In this document: positions 16,386 through 20,000 of the stretch, piece by piece | Numbering within the stretch: position 1 is the stretch's first letter | How the letters are laid out: each line of letters opens with the position of its first letter | Source of the DNA: an uncultured virus (IMG/VR IMGVR_UViG_3300001589_000005) | Taxonomy: Duplodnaviria > Heunggongvirae > Uroviricota > Caudoviricetes | IMG/VR virus record: IMGVR_UViG_3300001589_000005 | Location: 51,897-71,896 of that record | Reading direction: 5' to 3' (one strand) | DNA: 20,000 nt | Program-made: the position numbers and the translations under genes | Notes under the pieces: generated by a model | The model's database searches: none | What the model saw: the letters and a program-made list of their open reading frames with translations, nothing else | Told to the model about the DNA's origin: nothing

Positions 16386-18641
16386 ATGAAAGATAAATCG
16401 AGACTTGCGAAGTTACTTGCAGAAGAAGATATTCATGTAGTTCATAAAAAAGTAGAAACTGCTGCTTTTGACGTTAAAAATCGTGAATTGGTTTTACCTA
16501 TCTGGAAAGATATGAGTGAAAGTGTTCAAGACTTATTTACACTTCATGAGGTAGGTCATGCATTTTGGACTCCATTAGATATGTTGGAAACCGCTAGAAA
16601 GAAAAATATTGATTTTTCTTTTGTCAATGTCCTAGAAGATGTTAGAATTGAAAAGATGATACAATCTAGATACCCAGGCGGTGTTAGGTGTTTCAATCTA
16701 GGATATACTGAATTATTACAAATGGATTTTTTCAAACTCCAAGGTAAACATCTAAAATCAATGAACTTGATTGATAGAATTAATCTTCATTTTAAACATG
16801 TGTCTGATGTTCCATTTTCTGATGCAGAGATGGAGTGGGTTCAAAAAGCAAATGAAACTAAGACTCCTAAACAAGTATTAAAACTTGCTCAAGAGTTATA
16901 TGAATATATTGAACAAAACGAAGAATCCCAAGGTGATCCAGACCAAGATAATGCTGGTGCTGACGGTAAGATGAGTCAGATGCCTAGTGAGGGTAATGCT
17001 GACGCTGAATCACAAAGTGGACAAAGTTCAGACAGTTCTGGTGGTAAAGAAGAAAACCAAGAAAACGGTGATTCTGATGACCAGAGTGAGGCTGGAGACG
17101 ACCAGAACACCGACCAGACAGAACAAGGTTCAAATGGTAGTGGTGATGGTGATGATGAAAAATCTGATAAAAAAGGTTCTGAACAAGTAGTTACTAATGG
17201 TAAAGAGGGTGGTAAATCAGAAGGTAAAAAATTCGTTGCTTCTACCGATAGTGCTTATCAACAGGCATCTAAAAAGTTTTTAGATACAAATGCTCAAGAT
17301 AGAAATTATTGTTGGATACCAAAGTTAGATAATATCAAAGATATGATTGATACGCCTGCTCAAATCCTAGAGGATTTAAGAGAGTTTTACAAAAACGATC
17401 AAAACGATACTTTCTTTCAATACACTCAACAAGAATTGAAAACTTTTCTAGACGGTTCTAAAAAAACAGTATCTTATATTACTAAAGAATTTGAGATGAA
17501 AAAAGCTGCAGATCAATACAATCGTGCTACTGTCGCAAAAACTGGTTCGTTAGATATGTCTAAGTTACATACTTACAAATACAATGAGGATTTATTTGCT
17601 AAAGTTACTAATGTGCCTGGGGCTACAAACCACGGTTTAGTTTTCTTTTTGGATTGGTCTGGATCAATGCAAGAGAATATGAGTGGTACTATGAAACAGT
17701 TATTTAATCTTACAGAATTTTGTATGAGAACTAAAATTCCTTTTGAGGTTTTCGCTTTCTCTGATAGGGCCTATCGAATTAAAGATAGAAGGTTTGAACA
17801 AGTATTCAAGTCTGGTGATATCAAAGTTGATGAATTAAAATTGTTTAACTTTTTGAGTTCTTCAATGTCCAAAAAAGAACAACATGAAATGATGCATTAC
17901 ATGTATATGATGGGTGAAAATTGGAAGGGTTATAGAAATTGGAGTAGACAAGGTTATCCTTTAGGAGTGATGAATTATTATCAATTAGGTGGTACACCAC
18001 TTAATCATGCTATTATCGCTGCTATGAAAATAGTTCCAGACTTTCAGAAAAAACATAATGTTCAAAAAATACACTCTGTATTTTTAACTGATGGTTATAG
18101 TCATAGAGTTGATTCTGCCTATCATGTTAGTACGGATAAAGAAGGTCAATCTTATAATGATTGTAAATATATTGATGGTTGGAGAAGAGATGATGTTCAT
18201 ATTACCGATCCAATTAGTGGTGCTAAAATCATTACTGATAGAAATGGTAGAAATGGACAAACTGTTTCACTTTTCAAGTTGTTAAAGAAAAGAGTACCTA
18301 ATATGAATATTGTAGGTTTCTTTATTGCTGGTTCTGGAAAAAATGGTAGAGTTCATAAGAATATTATTGAGGACAAGTTTGGATTACACTCATATAGTGA
18401 TTATGCAAAAGTTAGAGAAATCTATAAGACTCTTAGAAAAGATAATGTGGTAGTTTCTACAGAGGATGGATATGATGCATTTTATATCTTGCCTGGGGCT
18501 GGTGCAATGCAAGAATCAGAAGAGTTAGTTGTAAATCCAAACGCTAAAGTTGGTGAATTGAAGAAAGCATTTATGAAATCTTCTACTAACAAAATGGCGA
18601 ATCGCCCAGTATTAAACAAGTTTGTTGGGATGATTGCCTAA
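16386..18641 (+). CDS. CobT-like protein: N-terminal HExxH metallopeptidase-like domain, acidic linker, C-terminal vWA/MIDAS domain
   Basis: LHEVGHA..T and NVLEDVRIE, a D/E/G/S-rich linker, and MIDAS motifs LDWSGSM, GGTPL and FLTDG. ATG 16386 follows a GAGGA RBS. Adjacent to the CobS-like ATPase. Confidence 0.85.
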   Translation: MKDKSRLAKLLAEEDIHVVHKKVETAAFDVKNRELVLPIWKDMSESVQDLFTLHEVGHAFWTPLDMLETARKKNIDFSFVNVLEDVRIEKMIQSRYPGGVRCFNLGYTELLQMDFFKLQGKHLKSMNLIDRINLHFKHVSDVPFSDAEMEWVQKANETKTPKQVLKLAQELYEYIEQNEESQGDPDQDNAGADGKMSQMPSEGNADAESQSGQSSDSSGGKEENQENGDSDDQSEAGDDQNTDQTEQGSNGSGDGDDEKSDKKGSEQVVTNGKEGGKSEGKKFVASTDSAYQQASKKFLDTNAQDRNYCWIPKLDNIKDMIDTPAQILEDLREFYKNDQNDTFFQYTQQELKTFLDGSKKTVSYITKEFEMKKAADQYNRATVAKTGSLDMSKLHTYKYNEDLFAKVTNVPGATNHGLVFFLDWSGSMQENMSGTMKQLFNLTEFCMRTKIPFEVFAFSDRAYRIKDRRFEQVFKSGDIKVDELKLFNFLSSSMSKKEQHEMMHYMYMMGENWKGYRNWSRQGYPLGVMNYYQLGGTPLNHAIIAAMKIVPDFQKKHNVQKIHSVFLTDGYSHRVDSAYHVSTDKEGQSYNDCKYIDGWRRDDVHITDPISGAKIITDRNGRNGQTVSLFKLLKKRVPNMNIVGFFIAGSGKNGRVHKNIIEDKFGLHSYSDYAKVREIYKTLRKDNVVVSTEDGYDAFYILPGAGAMQESEELVVNPNAKVGELKKAFMKSSTNKMANRPVLNKFVGMIA

Positions 18642-18644
18642 TGA

Positions 18645-18670
18645 AAAAACCCTTTAAAATCAAGGACTTA
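18645..18670 (-). repeat. 26-bp motif copy 2, inverted (TAAGTCCTTGATTTTAAAGGGTTTTT on the - strand)
   Basis: Inverted partner of 16275-16300. Confidence 0.7.
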
Positions 18671-18679
18671 AAAAAAGAC

Positions 18680-18708
18680 TTGACAATGGGTTAAAGATGT
18701 GTTACTTT
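18680..18708 (+). promoter_or_regulatory. Sigma70-like early promoter for the cobS-like gene
   Basis: AAAAAAAGAC then TTGACA, a 17-bp spacer ending in TGTGT, then TACTTT. GAGAGG RBS downstream. Confidence 0.8.
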
Positions 18709-18742
18709 AAGGTATGATGAAAATTGAGAGAGGTTATATATT

Positions 18743-19918
18743 ATGTATTTAAGTCCAAGAAAACAGAAGTTTGTAGATTCTGCATCTGAACAATTCGGTG
18801 CTGGTTCTATTCTGAACAAATCGCAAGTCAAAGAGATTTGTGATAAACTAGAACTGCCACTTGCTGGTTGGTTTCTAGGTCAGTGTAAAACTGGTTACAA
18901 TCAATTCAAACTTCCTAATGAAGAAAAGTATGTTACTGAAACAGTACAGACTAATACTGCGCCAGTAGAAAATACTATGGTTAATTTGGTTGCAACAAAT
19001 ATGGAAAAACAAAATTTAGTTCCAGAGGCCTTTGTAGGTTTTGTACCTTGGGGTCATCACTCTACAATTAAACAGATTGTAAAATCTGGTATGTTCTATC
19101 CAGTTTTTGTTACTGGATTGTCTGGTAACGGTAAAACTCTTATGATTGAACAGATTCATGCTGAACTTAAAAAAGAGTTAATCAGAGTTAACATCACAAT
19201 CGAAACTGATGAAGATGATTTACTTGGTGGTTTCAGATTGGTAAATGGTGAAACTAAGTTTGTGCCTGGGCCTGTTATTGAGGCTATGGAAAAAGGTTGT
19301 ACTCTTTTACTTGATGAGTGTGACTTAGGTTCTAACAAGTTACTTGCCCTTCAGCCTGTTCTTGAGGGTAAAGGTGTTTACTTGAAAAAAGTAAACAAGT
19401 GGATTACTCCTAAAAATGGTTTCAATGTGATGGCAACTGCTAACACAAAAGGTAAAGGTTCAGATGACGGTAGGTTTATCGGAACTAACATTTTGAACGA
19501 GGCCTTCTTAGAAAGGTTTGCAATCACTATCGAACAACCATATGCTACTACTAAGACCGAAAAGAAGATCGTTATCGGTTCTATGAAAAAGTATGGAACT
19601 GTAGATGAAGTGTTTGCAGATAATCTTGTCAAGTGGGCAGAGGTTATCAGAAAGACTTTCTTTGACGGTGGAGTCGATGAAGTGATTTCGACCAGAAGGT
19701 TAGATCACATCGTTAAGGCATTCGCCATCTTCAATGACAAGATGAAGTCTATTGAACTTTGTGTTGCTAGGTTTGATGATGAAACCAAAGACTCCTTTAT
19801 GGATCTTTACACTAAAATAGATAGTGGAATCGATGTTGGTTCTACTACAGATAATTCAGACGTTGATGCAGAACTTGCTGAGATGGATAAAGAGGATGAT
19901 GACGAACCATCATTCTAG
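18743..19918 (+). CDS. cobS: CobS/MoxR-family AAA+ ATPase
   Basis: Walker A GLSGNGKT, RVNITIETDEDDLLGGFRL, Walker B LLLDE, ATANTKGKGSDDGRFIGTNILNEAFLERF and ISTRRL, as in the CobS-like proteins of marine T4-like phages. Confidence 0.92.
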   Translation: MYLSPRKQKFVDSASEQFGAGSILNKSQVKEICDKLELPLAGWFLGQCKTGYNQFKLPNEEKYVTETVQTNTAPVENTMVNLVATNMEKQNLVPEAFVGFVPWGHHSTIKQIVKSGMFYPVFVTGLSGNGKTLMIEQIHAELKKELIRVNITIETDEDDLLGGFRLVNGETKFVPGPVIEAMEKGCTLLLDECDLGSNKLLALQPVLEGKGVYLKKVNKWITPKNGFNVMATANTKGKGSDDGRFIGTNILNEAFLERFAITIEQPYATTKTEKKIVIGSMKKYGTVDEVFADNLVKWAEVIRKTFFDGGVDEVISTRRLDHIVKAFAIFNDKMKSIELCVARFDDETKDSFMDLYTKIDSGIDVGSTTDNSDVDAELAEMDKEDDDEPSF

Positions 19919-19925
19919 GAAAAAT

Positions 19926-19998
19926 GCGGGCATCGTATAAAGGTATTATGTCAATTTCCAAATTGAAGAAGGTGGTTCAATTCCATCTGCCCGCTCCA
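19926..19998 (+). tRNA. tRNA-Gly(TCC)-like gene with a 6-nt anticodon loop
   Basis: Acceptor stem GCGGGCA/TGCCCGC, U73 and encoded CCA. T arm GGTGG-TTCAATT-CCATC. The body closely resembles bacterial tRNA-Gly(UCC). The anticodon arm TCAAT-TTCCAA-ATTGA is one nucleotide short. Confidence 0.85.
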
Positions 19999-20000
19999 AA

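Noticed and set aside
16920..17230. Repeat-like D/E/G/S/Q-rich stretch
   Set aside because: It is the low-complexity linker expected in CobT-like proteins and has no discrete repeat unit or CRISPR-like structure.
4108..18285. Alternative-frame + strand ORFs nested in genes (4108-4305, 6315-6560, 9853-10077, 16987-17190, 18091-18285)
   Set aside because: These are by-products of codon bias in the host genes and show no motifs or translation signals.
18641..18694. 17-aa ORF MKKPFKIKDLKKDLTMG coupled by TAATG to the CobT-like gene
   Set aside because: It coincides with the 26-bp motif and the -35 box and is too short to support as a gene.
464..19632. Minus-strand ORFs in the track (e.g. 1799-2155, 2343-2606, 4184-4672, 5311-5841, 14194-14475, 19378-19632)
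   Set aside because: They are antisense shadows of well-supported + strand genes, rich in Ser/Phe, with no RBS or recognisable motifs.
1..20000. Introns, inteins, homing endonucleases, CRISPR arrays or stop-codon reassignment
   Set aside because: Core genes are continuous and of the expected length in the standard code, TAA, TAG and TGA all end genes, and no regularly spaced repeats are visible.

Overview
An AT-rich segment of a T4-like (Tevenvirinae/Kyanoviridae-type, probably uncultured marine) myovirus genome, with all supported genes on the + strand. The late virion module runs gp19 (partial), gp20 portal, three small or unknown head-region ORFs, gp21, gp22, gp23, a terminator and gp3, with TATAAATA-type late promoters. 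It is followed by uvsY, an inserted 2OG-Fe(II) oxygenase and SAM methyltransferase, uvsW, a conserved hypothetical, gp55 late sigma, a small Zn-ribbon ORF, gp47, an overlapping P-loop kinase / HIGH nucleotidyltransferase pair, gp46, a compact amino-DNA methyltransferase and an SGNH-like hydrolase. The window ends with a HExxH-vWA (CobT-like) gene and a CobS/MoxR AAA ATPase gene, each behind a sigma70-like early promoter, and a tRNA-Gly-like gene. Most notable observations: (1) context-dependent avoidance of CAGG/CCTG and of GGWCC, where the sites occur only when overlapped by a GpC; (2) a 26-bp motif in inverted orientation just upstream of the two early promoters flanking the CobT-like gene; (3) a +1-frameshifted head-region ORF; (4) a tRNA with a 6-nt anticodon loop; (5) a 112-bp dual-coding overlap of kinase and nucleotidyltransferase. 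All motif counts are by eye and family calls are from recognised motifs and synteny, not from database searches.
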